A stretch of 64,000 bases of DNA from Chitinophaga pinensis (GCA_945860605.1 CAMAQL010000001.1:3236-67235), one strand, 5' to 3'; positions 1-11,307 are shown, numbered from the stretch's first letter. The notes: a model not told the origin generated them from the letters alone. Numbers and translations are program-made.

Positions 1-1
1 T

Positions 2-1855
2 GTAGAGGTAGAGCGTTCTATGCGTGTATTGGATGGCTTGATTGCATTGTTCTCTGCAGTGGATGGTGTTGAACCACAATCAGAAACAGTATGGCGTCAA
101 GCAAACCGTTATAAAGTTCCACGTATTGGTTTCGTAAATAAAATGGATCGTGCTGGTGCAGATTTCTTAATGGTGGTAACACAAGTGAGAGAAATGTTAG
201 GTGCGAAAGCCGTGCCATTGCAATTACCAATTGGAGCTGAAGATGGTTTCACTGGTGTAGTTGACTTAATTAGAATGAAAGCCGTTATTTGGGATGATGC
301 TACAGAAGGGATGACTTATGTAGAAAATCCTATTCCTGATGATATGAAAGAAGATGTGGATTATTGGAGAGCTCAATTGATTGAGGCCGTTGCAGAATAC
401 GACGACAACTTAATGGAGAAGTTTTTTGAAAATCCTGATTCTATTTCTGAAGAGGAAGTACACGAAGCCATTCGTAAAGCAACGATCGATTTAAGTATCG
501 TTCCAATGATGTGTGGATCTTCATTCAAAAATAAAGGGGTACAAACTGCATTAGATGCGGTATGTCGTTATTTACCTTCTCCAGTAGATGTGGATGATAC
601 AGAAGGTACAGATCCAGATACAGGAGAAAAAATTTACCGTAAACCAAATGCAAAAGAACCATTTGCTGCATTGGCTTTCAAAATCATGACCGATCCATTT
701 GTGGGACGTTTAGCGTTCTTCAGATGTTATTCTGGTCACTTAGATGCAGGTTCTTATGTAAAGAATATGCGTAGTGGAAAGAACGAGCGTATTTCTCGTA
801 TCATGAAAATGTTTGCGAACAAACAAAACCCAATCGATTTTATCGAAGCAGGTGATATCGCAGCAGCAGTTGGATTTAAAGAAATTAAAACAGGAGATAC
901 ATTATGTGATGAGAACCATCCAATTGTATTGGAGAATATGTTTATTCCAGAACCCGTTATCTCTGTAGCAGTGGAGCCTAAGACGCAAGCTGATGTTGAT
1001 AAAATGGGTATGGCGATTGCTAAATTAGTAGAGGAGGATCCTACTTTACGTGTGAAGACAGACGAAGACACTGGTCAAACAATCTTATCAGGTATGGGTG
1101 AATTGCACTTAGAGATTATTGTAGATCGTATGCGTCGTGAATTTAAAGTAGAGATCAACCAAGGTAATCCTCAGGTAGCTTACAAAGAGGCATTTGGTAA
1201 AATGATCGAGCACCGTGAAGTGTTGAAAAAGCAATCGGGTGGTCGTGGTAAGTTTGCTGATATCGAATTTGAAATTGGACCTGCAGATGAAGCGTGGTTG
1301 ACAGAAAACAAAGACAAGCATTTCCAATTCGTAAATGATATTTTCGGAGGATCTATTCCAAAAGAATTTGTTCCTGCAATTAATAAAGGTTTTGAAACTT
1401 CAATGACACAAGGTGTTTTAGCTGGTTACCCAGTGAACAACATGAAAGTGCGTATCATCGATGGTAGTTACCATGATGTGGATTCTGATGCAATGTCATT
1501 TGAATTATGTGCTAAAGCTGCTTTCAGAACTGCTGGTAAAAAAGCGAAGCCTACTTTACTTGAGCCAATCATGAAAGTAGAGGTAGTGACGCCAGATCAG
1601 TACATGGGAGATGTAACTGGTGACTTGAACCGTCGCCGTGGAATGTTAGAAGGTATGGACAGCCGCGGTAACTTACAAGTGATCAAGGCGAAAGTGCCGT
1701 TGAGCGAAATGTTTGGATACGTAACACAATTGCGTTCTTTGAGCTCTGGTCGTGCAACCTCTACAATGGAGTTCAGTCATTATAACCCAGCACCAAACAA
1801 TATTGCTGAGGAAGTGATGGCAAAAAACAAAAGTAAAGTGAAGGATGACGAATAG
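2..1855 (+). CDS. fusA: Elongation factor G, 5'-truncated by the window edge
   Basis: The frame is open from base 2 ([12 protein letters not shown]). Contains FVNKMDR (G4 motif), [14 protein letters not shown] and EPIMKVEV. Confidence 0.99.
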   Translation, partial: VEVERSMRVLDGLIALFSAVDGVEPQSETVWRQANRYKVPRIGFVNKMDRAGADFLMVVTQVREMLGAKAVPLQLPIGAEDGFTGVVDLIRMKAVIWDDATEGMTYVENPIPDDMKEDVDYWRAQLIEAVAEYDDNLMEKFFENPDSISEEEVHEAIRKATIDLSIVPMMCGSSFKNKGVQTALDAVCRYLPSPVDVDDTEGTDPDTGEKIYRKPNAKEPFAALAFKIMTDPFVGRLAFFRCYSGHLDAGSYVKNMRSGKNERISRIMKMFANKQNPIDFIEAGDIAAAVGFKEIKTGDTLCDENHPIVLENMFIPEPVISVAVEPKTQADVDKMGMAIAKLVEEDPTLRVKTDEDTGQTILSGMGELHLEIIVDRMRREFKVEINQGNPQVAYKEAFGKMIEHREVLKKQSGGRGKFADIEFEIGPADEAWLTENKDKHFQFVNDIFGGSIPKEFVPAINKGFETSMTQGVLAGYPVNNMKVRIIDGSYHDVDSDAMSFELCAKAAFRTAGKKAKPTLLEPIMKVEVVTPDQYMGDVTGDLNRRRGMLEGMDSRGNLQVIKAKVPLSEMFGYVTQLRSLSSGRATSTMEFSHYNPAPNNIAEEVMAKNKSKVKDDE

Positions 1856-1877
1856 TTAAATCATTGATTATCAATAT

Positions 1878-1904
1878 AAAAAAGCCCCTTCTTGGGGCTT
1901 TTTT
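1878..1904 (+). terminator. Intrinsic terminator after fusA
   Basis: AAAAAAGCCCC-TTCTT-GGGGCTTTTTT stem-loop with T tract. Confidence 0.85.
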
Positions 1905-1953
1905 AGTTTACCCCCCCTTTTTTTAAAAAAAATTAAAAAAAGGTTAATATTTC

Positions 1954-1984
1954 TTGAATATTACGCTATAACCCATTACCTTTG
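1954..1984 (+). promoter_or_regulatory. Bacteroidota sigma-A-type promoter of the S10 operon
   Basis: TTG (1954-56), N20, TACCTTTG (1977-84) matches the -33/-7 consensus TTTG-N19-21-TAnnTTTG; 30 nt upstream of the rpsJ ATG. Confidence 0.75.
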
Positions 1985-2014
1985 CAACCCCAAGATAATT
2001 TGGAAAAACAAGCT

Positions 2015-2320
2015 ATGTCTCAAAGAATTAGAATAAAATTACAATCTTACGATCACAACTTAGTTGATAAGTCAGCTGAGAAGATCGTGAAAACAGTACG
2101 CAGTACAGGTGCAGTAGTTACAGGTCCTATTCCTTTGCCTACACACAAACGCATTTTTACTGTATTACGTTCACCGCACGTTAATAAGAAGAGTCGTGAG
2201 CAGTTCCAATTAGCAACGCATAAGCGTTTATTGGACATCTATACTTCATCTTCTAAAACAGTAGACGCCCTAAGTAAGTTAGACTTACCATCAGGTGTTG
2301 AGGTAGAGATTAAAGCATAA
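2015..2320 (+). CDS. rpsJ: 30S ribosomal protein S10 (start moved to ATG 2015)
   Basis: [18 protein letters not shown] ... GPIPLPT ... [13 protein letters not shown]. Confidence 0.99.
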   Translation: MSQRIRIKLQSYDHNLVDKSAEKIVKTVRSTGAVVTGPIPLPTHKRIFTVLRSPHVNKKSREQFQLATHKRLLDIYTSSSKTVDALSKLDLPSGVEVEIKA

Positions 2321-2336
2321 GTATTTATAATTACCA

Positions 2337-2572
2337 TCTCCCAATCGCTGTTCATATGCAGTAGTCGAGAAAGGAGCGCTGGTTTGAAGTAAGTAAAATA
2401 TAAACAGGCCCTTCGAGGTTTGTTTACTTCCGGTACTTCCCCTCTCACTTAGTGAGAAACAAAGGAAAAGGTCGGCAGCAAACAGGGATTGAATCCGAGC
2501 TACTAAAATCTAAGGATTTATGGTAGCATCATCATCGGATGTCCTCAGAACCAAGCGCGGGGCATAAACCGC
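2337..2572 (+). ncRNA. Candidate structured RNA / ribosomal leader in the 259-nt rpsJ-rplC spacer
   Basis: Several helices found by eye, including a long-range closing stem 2376-2387 / 2545-2558 (see findings). Family not recognised. Confidence 0.45.
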
Positions 2573-2579
2573 AAAACAG

Positions 2580-3197
2580 ATGAAAGGTATTATTGGAAAA
2601 AAAATTGGCATGACCAGCATCTTCGCCGAAGATGGTAAGCAAATCGCTTGTACCATTATCGAAGCTGGTCCTTGTACAGTCACTCAGGTTAAAACAGCCG
2701 AAGTGGACGGTTATAGCGCAGTGCAGTTAGCATTGGGCGACAAGAAAGAAAAGCATTCTACAAAGTCTGAAATTAATCACTACGCAAAAGCGCAGACTGC
2801 TCCCAAAAAATTCGTAAAAGAGTTCCGCAACTATGATCTTGAAGCTGCTTTAGGAACAACTATTACTTTAGACATGTTCTCTGAAGGAGATACTGTTGAA
2901 GTTGTTGGTACAACAAAAGGTAAAGGTTTCCAAGGTGTTGTTAAGCGTCATGGATTTAGTGGTGTGGGTGAAGCTACACACGGACAACATGACCGTTCTC
3001 GTGCTCCAGGTTCTATTGGTGGATCATCTTATCCAGCAAGAGTATTCAAGGGTATGCGTATGGCTGGTCGTATGGGTAACGATCGCGTTAAAACAAAAGG
3101 ATTAACAGTATTAAAGTTATTCCCAGAGAAGAACTACTTATTAGTAAGTGGATCAGTTCCTGGTCATAATGGTTCAATCGTTTTAATCCAAAAGTAA
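2580..3197 (+). CDS. rplC: 50S ribosomal protein L3
   Basis: [12 protein letters not shown] ... [15 protein letters not shown]; operon position. Confidence 0.99.
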   Translation: MKGIIGKKIGMTSIFAEDGKQIACTIIEAGPCTVTQVKTAEVDGYSAVQLALGDKKEKHSTKSEINHYAKAQTAPKKFVKEFRNYDLEAALGTTITLDMFSEGDTVEVVGTTKGKGFQGVVKRHGFSGVGEATHGQHDRSRAPGSIGGSSYPARVFKGMRMAGRMGNDRVKTKGLTVLKLFPEKNYLLVSGSVPGHNGSIVLIQK

Positions 3198-3217
3198 TCA
3201 CCACTTAATCGACAACA

Positions 3218-3853
3218 ATGCAATTAGAAGTAATAGATATAAAAGGCAAAAAAACAGGCAGACAGGTAGAATTACCTGCTGAGATTTTTGGTGCGACACC
3301 AAATGATCACGTTATTTATTTAGCCGTTAAACAATATTTAGCTGCGCGCCGTTCAGGTACGCATAAAGTTAAAACACGTGCAGAAGTACAAGGTGCTAGC
3401 AGAAAATTACATAAGCAAAAAGGTACTGGTGGAGCTCGTAAGGGTAATATCCGTAACCCTTTGTACAAGGGTGGTGGTACTATCTTTGGACCAAAGCCAC
3501 ATTCTTATGATTTCAAATTAAACCGTAAGGTGAAAGATTTGGCTAAAATCTCTGCTTTATCACACAAGGCGATTGATCAAGCGATATTAGTTTTAGAAGA
3601 CATCAAAATGTCTACTCCTAAAACAAAGGATATCACTGCAATCATGAACCAATTAAAATTAGAGAACAAGAAGACTTTAGTAATCTTACCTGAGTACGAT
3701 GAAAACATCTACTTAAGTACACGTAATATTCCTAACGTAGCAAGTTCTTTATTATCTGACATCAATACATACGACATCATGAATGCTGACGTATTAGTGA
3801 TCACAGAAGGTGCTGCTAAAATCTTTAACGAAGAGGAAAAAGCAACAGCTTAA
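3218..3853 (+). CDS. rplD: 50S ribosomal protein L4
   Basis: RSGTHKVKTRAEV ... KQKGTGGAR; operon position. Confidence 0.99.
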   Translation: MQLEVIDIKGKKTGRQVELPAEIFGATPNDHVIYLAVKQYLAARRSGTHKVKTRAEVQGASRKLHKQKGTGGARKGNIRNPLYKGGGTIFGPKPHSYDFKLNRKVKDLAKISALSHKAIDQAILVLEDIKMSTPKTKDITAIMNQLKLENKKTLVILPEYDENIYLSTRNIPNVASSLLSDINTYDIMNADVLVITEGAAKIFNEEEKATA

Positions 3854-3877
3854 TCCTTAGGTATAAAACTTATTATT

Positions 3878-4177
3878 ATGAAGTTGACAGAAATATTAAT
3901 CAAACCAATCCTTACAGAGAAGGCAAACGGACAGCAAGATAAATTAAGCCGTTATGCATTCAAAGTAAACCGTCGTGCGAACAAATTAGAAATCAAAACT
4001 GCGGTAGAGCAATTTTATGGTGTAAACGTTGTTGACGTAAACACATTGGTTGTTCCTGGAAAAAGCAAGACTCGTTCAACTAAGTCTGGTATTATCTCTG
4101 GTGTAAAATCTGGATATAAGAAAGCATTAGTTACAGTAGCGGAAGGTGAATCCATTGACCTTTACGCAAGTATATAA
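3878..4177 (+). CDS. rplW: 50S ribosomal protein L23
   Basis: ILIKPILTEK ... ANKLEIKTAVE ... YKKALVT. Confidence 0.98.
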   Translation: MKLTEILIKPILTEKANGQQDKLSRYAFKVNRRANKLEIKTAVEQFYGVNVVDVNTLVVPGKSKTRSTKSGIISGVKSGYKKALVTVAEGESIDLYASI

Positions 4178-4240
4178 CAATAGCCCGCGAAGCTGAAAAA
4201 TTCGTAAGACCAAAAGTCTTTTAAAGTAAAAAAAAACAAA

Positions 4241-5080
4241 ATGGCATTAAGAAAGTACAAACCGATTACAGCAGGTACCCGTTGGAGAATAGGTAACGCT
4301 TACGCTGAAATCACAACTAACAAACCTGAAAAGAGTTTGTTAGAACCTCAAAAGAAAACTGCGGGACGTAACTTCCAAGGTCGTCGTGCAATGCGTTACA
4401 TGGGTGGTGGTCATAGACAACACTACCGTCTTATCGATTTCAAAAGAGATAAGAAAAACATGGAAGCTAAAGTCGTTTCTGTTGAGTATGATCCAAACAG
4501 AACAGCATTTATCGCATTGGTTCAATATACTGATGGTGAGAAAAGATACATTATCTGTCCAAATGGTTTACAAGTAGGTGCAACTGTATCTTCTGGCGAC
4601 AACGTTGTTCCAGAAATCGGTAACGCATTACCTATGAAGAGCATCCCATTAGGTACGATGATTCACAATATCGAAATGCAACCTGGTCAAGGTGGTAAAT
4701 TGGTAAGAAGTGCTGGTACATCTGCACAGTTAGCGAATAAGGAAACTGATTACGCTGTACTTAAAATGCCTTCTGGTGAATTAAGAAAAGTGTTGATCAA
4801 CTGTTTTGCAACAATCGGTGTGGTTTCTAATAGTGACCACAACTTGGAAACAGCTGGTAAAGCAGGTAGAAACCGTTGGAAAGGCTTACGTCCTCGTGTA
4901 AGAGGTGTGGCTATGAACCCAGTGGATCACCCGATGGGTGGTGGTGAAGGTAGAGCGTCTGGTGGACATCCAAGAAGCAGAAATGGTAAGTATGCTAAAG
5001 GAGAGAAAACTAGAACAAGAGGAAAAGGTAGCGACAAGTTGATTATTCAACGTCGTGATGGAAAAAAATTGACAAAATAA
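4241..5080 (+). CDS. rplB: 50S ribosomal protein L2
   Basis: [12 protein letters not shown] ... [17 protein letters not shown]. Confidence 0.99.
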   Translation: MALRKYKPITAGTRWRIGNAYAEITTNKPEKSLLEPQKKTAGRNFQGRRAMRYMGGGHRQHYRLIDFKRDKKNMEAKVVSVEYDPNRTAFIALVQYTDGEKRYIICPNGLQVGATVSSGDNVVPEIGNALPMKSIPLGTMIHNIEMQPGQGGKLVRSAGTSAQLANKETDYAVLKMPSGELRKVLINCFATIGVVSNSDHNLETAGKAGRNRWKGLRPRVRGVAMNPVDHPMGGGEGRASGGHPRSRNGKYAKGEKTRTRGKGSDKLIIQRRDGKKLTK

Positions 5081-5106
5081 TTTAACAATCAAATTAACTC
5101 GTTACT

Positions 5107-5376
5107 ATGGGTCGTTCGATTAAAAAAGGTCCTTATATAGATCATAACCTTGAAGGAAAAGTAGAGGATATGAACGGAGGCAAAACTAAGAAAGGTGTAA
5201 TTAAAACCTGGAGTCGTAGAAGTACAATTTCTCCAGATTTTGTAGGACACACTTTCGCAGTACACAACGGAAATAAATTTATTCCAGTTTATGTGACCGA
5301 ATTCATGGTAGGTCATAAATTAGGTGAATTTTCTCCAACTAGAAACTTCAGAGGACACGCTGGATCAAAAAAGTAA
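5107..5376 (+). CDS. rpsS: 30S ribosomal protein S19
   Basis: MGRSIKKGP ... KTWSRRSTI ... [11 protein letters not shown]. Confidence 0.99.
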   Translation: MGRSIKKGPYIDHNLEGKVEDMNGGKTKKGVIKTWSRRSTISPDFVGHTFAVHNGNKFIPVYVTEFMVGHKLGEFSPTRNFRGHAGSKK

Positions 5377-5425
5377 ATCAACATTAAGGTTTGATCGTTA
5401 AGTTCAAACACTAAACAATAAAGAA

Positions 5426-5782
5426 ATGGAAGCAGTAGCTAAACTAAACAATTATCCCACAGGTCCACGTAAGATGCGTTTGATCGCAGACGTTATTCGT
5501 GGTATGGAAGTGGAAAAAGCATTGGCAATTTTGGATTTCCATCCACAACACAATGCAGTTCCATTAGCAAAGTTGTTAAAAAGTGCAATCAGTAACTGGG
5601 AGCAAAAAAACAATGGTGCTAGTGCAGCAGATAGCAACTTAGTAGTTAAAACAGTTTTTGTAGACGGTGGTCGTACGTTAAAGCGTATGCGCCCAGCTCC
5701 ACAAGGACGTGGCTACAGAGTTAGAAAGCGCAGCAATCACGTAACATTGATTGTAGATACTAAATCAGATTCAAAAAACTAA
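5426..5782 (+). CDS. rplV: 50S ribosomal protein L22
   Basis: [13 protein letters not shown] ... [18 protein letters not shown]. Confidence 0.99.
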   Translation: MEAVAKLNNYPTGPRKMRLIADVIRGMEVEKALAILDFHPQHNAVPLAKLLKSAISNWEQKNNGASAADSNLVVKTVFVDGGRTLKRMRPAPQGRGYRVRKRSNHVTLIVDTKSDSKN

Positions 5783-5800
5783 ATATTCTAAACCATCACT

Positions 5801-6577
5801 ATGGGTCAGAAAGCAAATCCAATTGGAAACAGATTAGGTATCATCCGCGGATGGGAAAGTAACTGGTACGGTAATAAAAAAGATTACGCTACTAAGTTAA
5901 TTGAGGACCATAAAATCCGTACTTATTTAATTGCACGTATTAACAAGGGCGGCATCGCTCGTATCGTTATCGAACGCACATTAGGTAAGTTAATCATTAC
6001 GATTCACACGTCTAAACCAGGTATCATCATAGGTAAGGGTGGTGGCGAGGTAGATCGTATCAAAGAAGAGTTAAAGAAATTAACGCACAAAGACGATGTT
6101 CAAATCAACATTCTAGAGATTCGTCGTCCAGAATTAGATGCAACAATCGTTGGTGAAACAATTGCGCGTCAAATTGAAAATCGTATTAACTACAAGCGTG
6201 CTATTAAAATGGCGATTGCTTCTACCTTGAGAATGGGTGCAGAAGGAATCAAAATCAAAGTAGGTGGTCGTATCGGAGGAGCTGAGATTGCTCGTTCCGA
6301 AGAGATCAAGCAAGGTAGAGTGCCTTTACATACTTTCAGAATGGACATCGACTATGCTAGCTTGTTTGCATTAACAGTCTACGGCAAAATCGGTATCAAA
6401 GTATGGATTTGTAAAGGTGAAGTTCTTGGAAAGCGTGATTTAAATCCGAACATCATTGGTGGTAAAGATGCAGGAGAAAGAGCTGACTTCCGTGGTGGAG
6501 ATCGTCGTGACGACCGTCGTGATGATAGAAACAACGATCGTCGTGGTCCAGGAGCAGGTGGTCCAAGAAAAAGATAA
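5801..6577 (+). CDS. rpsC: 30S ribosomal protein S3 with an R/D/G-rich C-terminal tail
   Basis: [13 protein letters not shown] ... [14 protein letters not shown]. Confidence 0.99.
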   Translation: MGQKANPIGNRLGIIRGWESNWYGNKKDYATKLIEDHKIRTYLIARINKGGIARIVIERTLGKLIITIHTSKPGIIIGKGGGEVDRIKEELKKLTHKDDVQINILEIRRPELDATIVGETIARQIENRINYKRAIKMAIASTLRMGAEGIKIKVGGRIGGAEIARSEEIKQGRVPLHTFRMDIDYASLFALTVYGKIGIKVWICKGEVLGKRDLNPNIIGGKDAGERADFRGGDRRDDRRDDRNNDRRGPGAGGPRKR

Positions 6578-6608
6578 TTAATTAATTAAGAGATAACAAT
6601 ATAATAAG

Positions 6609-7022
6609 ATGTTACAGCCAAAAAGAAGTAAACACAGAAAACAACAGAAAGGACGTATTCGCGAAGTAGCGAAGCGCGGAACTTCTATTGCTTTTGGTTC
6701 TTTTGCACTAAAATCATTAGATCCAATTTGGTTGACAAACAGACAAATTGAGTCTGCGCGTCAAGCGATGACACGTGCAATGAAGAGAGAAGGTAATGTA
6801 TGGATTCGTGTTTTTCCAGATAAAATTATTACTCGTAAGCCTGCAGAGGTGAGAATGGGTAAAGGTAAAGGTAACCCTGAATTCTGGGCTGCTGTGGTAG
6901 AACCAGGTCGTATAATTTTTGAAATTGACGGTGTTACACCAGAAGTTGCAAAAATTGCGATGGGCTTAGCTGCACAGAAATTACCAATCAACACTAAGTT
7001 CGTTACAAGAAGAGATTTATAA
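6609..7022 (+). CDS. rplP: 50S ribosomal protein L16
   Basis: [15 protein letters not shown] ... RMGKGKG. Confidence 0.99.
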   Translation: MLQPKRSKHRKQQKGRIREVAKRGTSIAFGSFALKSLDPIWLTNRQIESARQAMTRAMKREGNVWIRVFPDKIITRKPAEVRMGKGKGNPEFWAAVVEPGRIIFEIDGVTPEVAKIAMGLAAQKLPINTKFVTRRDL

Positions 7023-7068
7023 TTAGAGCCTTGTAATTAATAAGGATAACAAAAAAAAAGTATTTGCT

Positions 7069-7281
7069 ATGGCAAACAAGACATATGATTTTAATAAGGA
7101 ACTAAAAGGTTTAAGCGCTGCGGACTTAACTGCCCGTATCTCTGAAGATCAATTAAGACTTAAGAAATTAGAGTTCGCTCATGCTATTTCTCCTTTAGAG
7201 AATCCAATGAGCATCCGCGGACTTCGTAAAGACATTGCCCGTTTAAAAACGGAATTAAAGAAAAAAGAGTTAGGTATCTAA
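7069..7281 (+). CDS. rpmC: 50S ribosomal protein L29
   Basis: LENPMSIRGLRKDIARLKT; position between rplP and rpsQ. Confidence 0.97.
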   Translation: MANKTYDFNKELKGLSAADLTARISEDQLRLKKLEFAHAISPLENPMSIRGLRKDIARLKTELKKKELGI

Positions 7282-7304
7282 CCGATATTTAACAGTATAA
7301 AATT

Positions 7305-7568
7305 ATGACAATGGTAGTAAGAAATTTACGTAAAACGAGAATCGGTGTAGTAACTAGTAACAAAATGAATAAAACCATTACTGTTGCAGTTGAAAGAAAA
7401 GTGAAACACCCGATCTACGGTAAGTTCGTGAAAAAAACAACAAAGTTCCATGCACACGACGAAAAAGACGAGTGTACAATGGGGGATATTGTTAAGATCA
7501 TGGAAACCCGTCCTCTTAGTAAAACAAAGCGTTGGAGATTGGTTGAAGTAGTGGAGAAAGCTAAATAA
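7305..7568 (+). CDS. rpsQ: 30S ribosomal protein S17
   Basis: [14 protein letters not shown] ... [11 protein letters not shown]. Confidence 0.99.
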   Translation: MTMVVRNLRKTRIGVVTSNKMNKTITVAVERKVKHPIYGKFVKKTTKFHAHDEKDECTMGDIVKIMETRPLSKTKRWRLVEVVEKAK

Positions 7569-7655
7569 GCTTACCCTAACAAACCAAGGAATTAAGTAAT
7601 AAATCGTATTCACCCGAGTTCAATAGAACAAGGAAAAAGCTAAAAGCTAAATAAA

Positions 7656-8024
7656 ATGATTCAGCAAGAAAGTAGGCTCAATGTAGCTGATAATAGCGGC
7701 GCAAAAGAAGTACTTTGTATCAAGGTACTTGGAAATAGCGGACAAGACTTTGCAAAGATTGGTGATACCATCGTTGTAACTGTTAAGGATGCCATTCCTG
7801 CAGGCGGTATTAAGAAAGGTACTGTTTCAAAAGCAGTTATCGTTCGTACAAAAAATAAGTTGCGCAGAAAAGACGGTTCTTATATCCGTTTTGATGACAA
7901 CGCTGTGGTATTGTTAAACAATTCAGAAGAGCCTAGAGGCACACGTATCTTTGGCCCAGTAGCTCGTGAATTGCGTGACAAAGGATACATGAAAATTGTT
8001 TCATTAGCACCAGAGGTGTTATAA
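7656..8024 (+). CDS. rplN: 50S ribosomal protein L14
   Basis: [17 protein letters not shown] ... [13 protein letters not shown]. Confidence 0.99.
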   Translation: MIQQESRLNVADNSGAKEVLCIKVLGNSGQDFAKIGDTIVVTVKDAIPAGGIKKGTVSKAVIVRTKNKLRRKDGSYIRFDDNAVVLLNNSEEPRGTRIFGPVARELRDKGYMKIVSLAPEVL

Positions 8025-8037
8025 AATATAAATAATT

Positions 8038-8376
8038 ATGATCAAAAGATTCAAACCCAAATACAGCATCAAGAAAGGCGATAGCGTAGTAGTTATTGCT
8101 GGAGATGATAAGGACTTGAAAAAACCTCGCACAGTATTGGAAGTGAATGTAGAAAAAGGTCGTGTAATTGTTGAAGGTGTAGCCATCGCAACAAAGCACA
8201 CTAAGCCATCTGCTTCAAATACAAAAGGTGGTATCGTTAAAGTAGAAGCTTCTATCAACATTAGTAATGTAATGTTATGGGATGCTAAAACAAGCGCGCC
8301 AACTAAAGTGAAGCGTTCAAGAGAGACAGGTAAATTAGTAAGAATTTCAAAAAAATCAGGGGAGGTAATTAAATAA
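8038..8376 (+). CDS. rplX: 50S ribosomal protein L24
   Basis: [15 protein letters not shown] ... EASINISNV; TAATG overlap with rplE. Confidence 0.98.
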   Translation: MIKRFKPKYSIKKGDSVVVIAGDDKDLKKPRTVLEVNVEKGRVIVEGVAIATKHTKPSASNTKGGIVKVEASINISNVMLWDAKTSAPTKVKRSRETGKLVRISKKSGEVIK

Positions 8377-8951
8377 TGAGTACCGTAAAATACACTCCAA
8401 GATTAGCAGACAAGTACACTAAAGAAGTGATCCCTGCTTTATCAAAAAAGTTTGGTTACAAGTCTGTAATGCAAACTCCTAAGTTAGAAAAAATTTGCAT
8501 CAACCGTGGTGTGAATGGCGCAGTAAATGACAAGAAATTAGTAGACATCGCTATCGATGAGCTAACTATGATTACTGGTCAAAAAGCTGTACCAACACTT
8601 TCTAAGAAAGATATCTCCAACTTTAAATTACGTAAGGGTATGCCAATCGGCGCTCGTGTAACTTTAAGAGGTGTAAAGATGTATGAATTCTTAGACCGTT
8701 TAGTGGCAGTTTCTTTACCACGTGTTCGTGATTTCAAAGGTATTAGCGACAAGGCTTTCGATGGCCGTGGAAACTATACTTTAGGTATCACTGAGCAGAT
8801 CATCTTCCCAGAAATTGATATCGATAAAGTAAATAAAATTACTGGTTTGGATATCACTTTCGTGACATCTGCTAATACCAATGAAGAAGCATACGAATTA
8901 TTAAAAGAATTGGGTATGCCTTTCAAAAACATTAAAAAAGATAACAACTAA
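8376..8951 (+). CDS. rplE: 50S ribosomal protein L5
   Basis: ITGQKAVPT ... [10 protein letters not shown] ... FDGRGNY. Confidence 0.99.
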   Translation: MSTVKYTPRLADKYTKEVIPALSKKFGYKSVMQTPKLEKICINRGVNGAVNDKKLVDIAIDELTMITGQKAVPTLSKKDISNFKLRKGMPIGARVTLRGVKMYEFLDRLVAVSLPRVRDFKGISDKAFDGRGNYTLGITEQIIFPEIDIDKVNKITGLDITFVTSANTNEEAYELLKELGMPFKNIKKDNN

Positions 8952-8961
8952 TTAAAATATT

Positions 8962-9231
8962 ATGGCAAGAGCATCAGTCAAAGCTAGACAAAGAAAGCGT
9001 GAAGCAACTGTGAAGCAATTCGCTGCAAAGCGTGCTGAATTAAAAGCTGCTAACGATTATGCAGGTTTGGATAAATTACCAAAGAATGCATCTCCAGTTC
9101 GTTTAAAGAACCGTTGTCAATTAACAGGTCGTCCTAGAGGATATATGAGGTACTTCGGTATTTCAAGAAATATGTTCCGTGACATGGCTTTGAACGGAAT
9201 GATTCCAGGAGTGAAAAAAGCAAGCTGGTAA
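8962..9231 (+). CDS. rpsN: 30S ribosomal protein S14, 89-aa form lacking the zinc-ribbon cysteines
   Basis: [14 protein letters not shown] ... GVKKASW; only one Cys. Confidence 0.98.
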   Translation: MARASVKARQRKREATVKQFAAKRAELKAANDYAGLDKLPKNASPVRLKNRCQLTGRPRGYMRYFGISRNMFRDMALNGMIPGVKKASW

Positions 9232-9307
9232 TATTTTCGATTGATTTAAGTTCATTTATTTGAATACTGAAACAAACAACATTTAGAACTGATTTAAAAT
9301 ACTAATA

Positions 9308-9706
9308 ATGGTAACAGATCCAATAGCAGACTACTTAACAAGAATACGTAACGCCCAAATGGCTGGTCACCGTATTGTCGAGATCCCTGCATCTAATTTA
9401 AAGAAGCGTATCACTGAGATTTTATACAATCAAGGTTATATCTTAAAGTACAAATTTGAAGATGATACAAAACAAGGGTTGATCAAGATCGCCTTGAAGT
9501 ATGATGTCAACTCAAAACAACCAGCTATTCGTTCTTTAGAGCGTATCAGCCGTCCAGGTTTACGTCATTACGCAAAACCTGCAGAGATTAAAAGAGTTAG
9601 CAATGGTTTAGGTATCGCTATCTTGTCAACTTCTAAAGGAGTGATGACAGATAAAGAAGCTAAAGCGAACAATGTAGGTGGTGAAGTTTTATGTGCAATT
9701 ACATAG
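9308..9706 (+). CDS. rpsH: 30S ribosomal protein S8
   Basis: [14 protein letters not shown] ... ISRPGLR ... STSKGVMT. Confidence 0.99.
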   Translation: MVTDPIADYLTRIRNAQMAGHRIVEIPASNLKKRITEILYNQGYILKYKFEDDTKQGLIKIALKYDVNSKQPAIRSLERISRPGLRHYAKPAEIKRVSNGLGIAILSTSKGVMTDKEAKANNVGGEVLCAIT

Positions 9707-9805
9707 TAAAACTTAATTAACAATAATTTCATTGCTTAGTTAGCAGTTAAGCCTTTTAGTCGGGGCTGAAAACAACTAAGTTTCACAAAAAATAAAAAAT
9801 CGACT

Positions 9806-10357
9806 ATGTCACGTATAGGAAAAAAACCAATTACAATCCCAGCTGGGGTGACTGTATCCGTTAAAGATGCAGTAGTTACTGTTAAAGGCCCTAAAGGCAC
9901 TTTGACTCAAGAAGTTGATCGCGATATCATCGTTGAAGTAGAAGGAAACGAAGTAAACGTTAAGCGTCCAACAGAACAAATCCGACACAGAGCAATGCAC
10001 GGTTTATATCGTTCTTTGATTTCAAACTTAGTGAAGGGTGTAACTGAAGGATACAAAAAAGAATTAGAATTAGTGGGTGTGGGTTTTAAAGCTGCTAATA
10101 CAGGTAATGTGTTAGACTTAGCATTAGGATACTCTCACAATATCATATTTGACGTTCCAAAAGAATTGACTGTAACAACTACCACTGAGAAGGGTCAGAA
10201 TCCAAAGATCTTCTTAGAGAGTGCAGACAAGCAATTAATTGGTCAAGTTGCTGCTAAAATCAGAGGATTACGTAAGCCAGAACCATACAAAGGAAAAGGT
10301 GTAAGATATTCTGATGAGGTTGTAAGAAGAAAAGCAGGTAAAGCAGCAGGTAAATAA
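9806..10357 (+). CDS. rplF: 50S ribosomal protein L6
   Basis: MSRIGKKPI ... PEPYKGKG. Confidence 0.99.
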   Translation: MSRIGKKPITIPAGVTVSVKDAVVTVKGPKGTLTQEVDRDIIVEVEGNEVNVKRPTEQIRHRAMHGLYRSLISNLVKGVTEGYKKELELVGVGFKAANTGNVLDLALGYSHNIIFDVPKELTVTTTTEKGQNPKIFLESADKQLIGQVAAKIRGLRKPEPYKGKGVRYSDEVVRRKAGKAAGK

Positions 10358-10409
10358 ACATTAAAAAACACGACGAGCGGCAGCATCGCTCGAATAAAAA
10401 ATAATCATT

Positions 10410-10760
10410 ATGAGTAAATTAGCTCAAAGACAAAAGATCAGATACAGAATTCGTAAGAAAGTAGAAGGTACTTCAGCGAAGCCTCGTTTATCTGTATTCA
10501 GAAGTAACGCTGATATTTATTGCCAATTGATTGATGATGTAAACGGGGTAACCTTAGCAGCATCGTCTTCTAGAGAAGCAGATATCGAAGCACAAAAAGT
10601 ACCTAAAATTGATAAGGCTAAATTAGCTGGGGAGTCAGTTGCTAAAAAAGCATTGGCTCTTAATATCACAACTTGTGTATTTGACAGAGGTGGTAACTTA
10701 TATCATGGAAGAATCAAGGCCGTAGCAGAAGGTGCTAGAGCTGGTGGACTTCAATTTTAA
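10410..10760 (+). CDS. rplR: 50S ribosomal protein L18
   Basis: PRLSVFRSN ... FDRGGNLYHGR. Confidence 0.99.
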   Translation: MSKLAQRQKIRYRIRKKVEGTSAKPRLSVFRSNADIYCQLIDDVNGVTLAASSSREADIEAQKVPKIDKAKLAGESVAKKALALNITTCVFDRGGNLYHGRIKAVAEGARAGGLQF

Positions 10761-10785
10761 TTCGATAAAATACTAATAGTAAATC

Positions 10786-11307
10786 ATGTCTAAATTAAAC
10801 GTAAATAAGGTTAAAGCAGCAGTTGATACTGAACTAAAAGAAAAAGTAGTTTCAATCAATCGTGTAGTTAAAACAACCAAGGGTGGCCGTACTTTCAGCT
10901 TCTCTGCTTTAGTAGTAGTAGGTAATGAAAATGGTGTGGTTGGTCAAGGTTTAGGTAAAGCTAAAGAAGTGCAAGAAGCCATTACAAAAGGTATTGAAGA
11001 TGCGAAGAAGAATTTAGTGAAAGTGCCAATTATGCACGGAACGATTCCTCATGAGCAATTGGCTAAAGAAGGTGCTGCTAAAGTAATGATTAAGCCAGCT
11101 GCACACGGAGCCGGTGTAATTGCGGGTGGTAGCATGCGTGCTGTATTAGAGAGCGCAGGTATCACGGATATCTTAGCTAAAAGCTTAGGTTCTGCTAATC
11201 CACATAACGTGGTGAAAGCAACCATCAAAGCTTTAGGTTTGTTACGTGAGCCAATTCAAGTTGCAAAAACAAGAAACATTAAATTATCAAAAGTATTTAA
11301 CGGATAA
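10786..11307 (+). CDS. rpsE: 30S ribosomal protein S5
   Basis: [21 protein letters not shown] ... [12 protein letters not shown]. Confidence 0.99.
   Translation: MSKLNVNKVKAAVDTELKEKVVSINRVVKTTKGGRTFSFSALVVVGNENGVVGQGLGKAKEVQEAITKGIEDAKKNLVKVPIMHGTIPHEQLAKEGAAKVMIKPAAHGAGVIAGGSMRAVLESAGITDILAKSLGSANPHNVVKATIKALGLLREPIQVAKTRNIKLSKVFNG

Noticed and set aside
1911-1941. C7-T7-A8-TT-A7 homopolymer run as a phase-variation switch
   Set aside because: It lies upstream of the -33 element of an essential operon; better explained as an AT-rich UP-like region.
2484-2548. Hammerhead ribozyme on the minus strand of the rpsJ-rplC spacer (CUGAGGA followed by a stem)
   Set aside because: The required GAAA after stem II is absent (TCAA instead), and no stem I/III arrangement was found.
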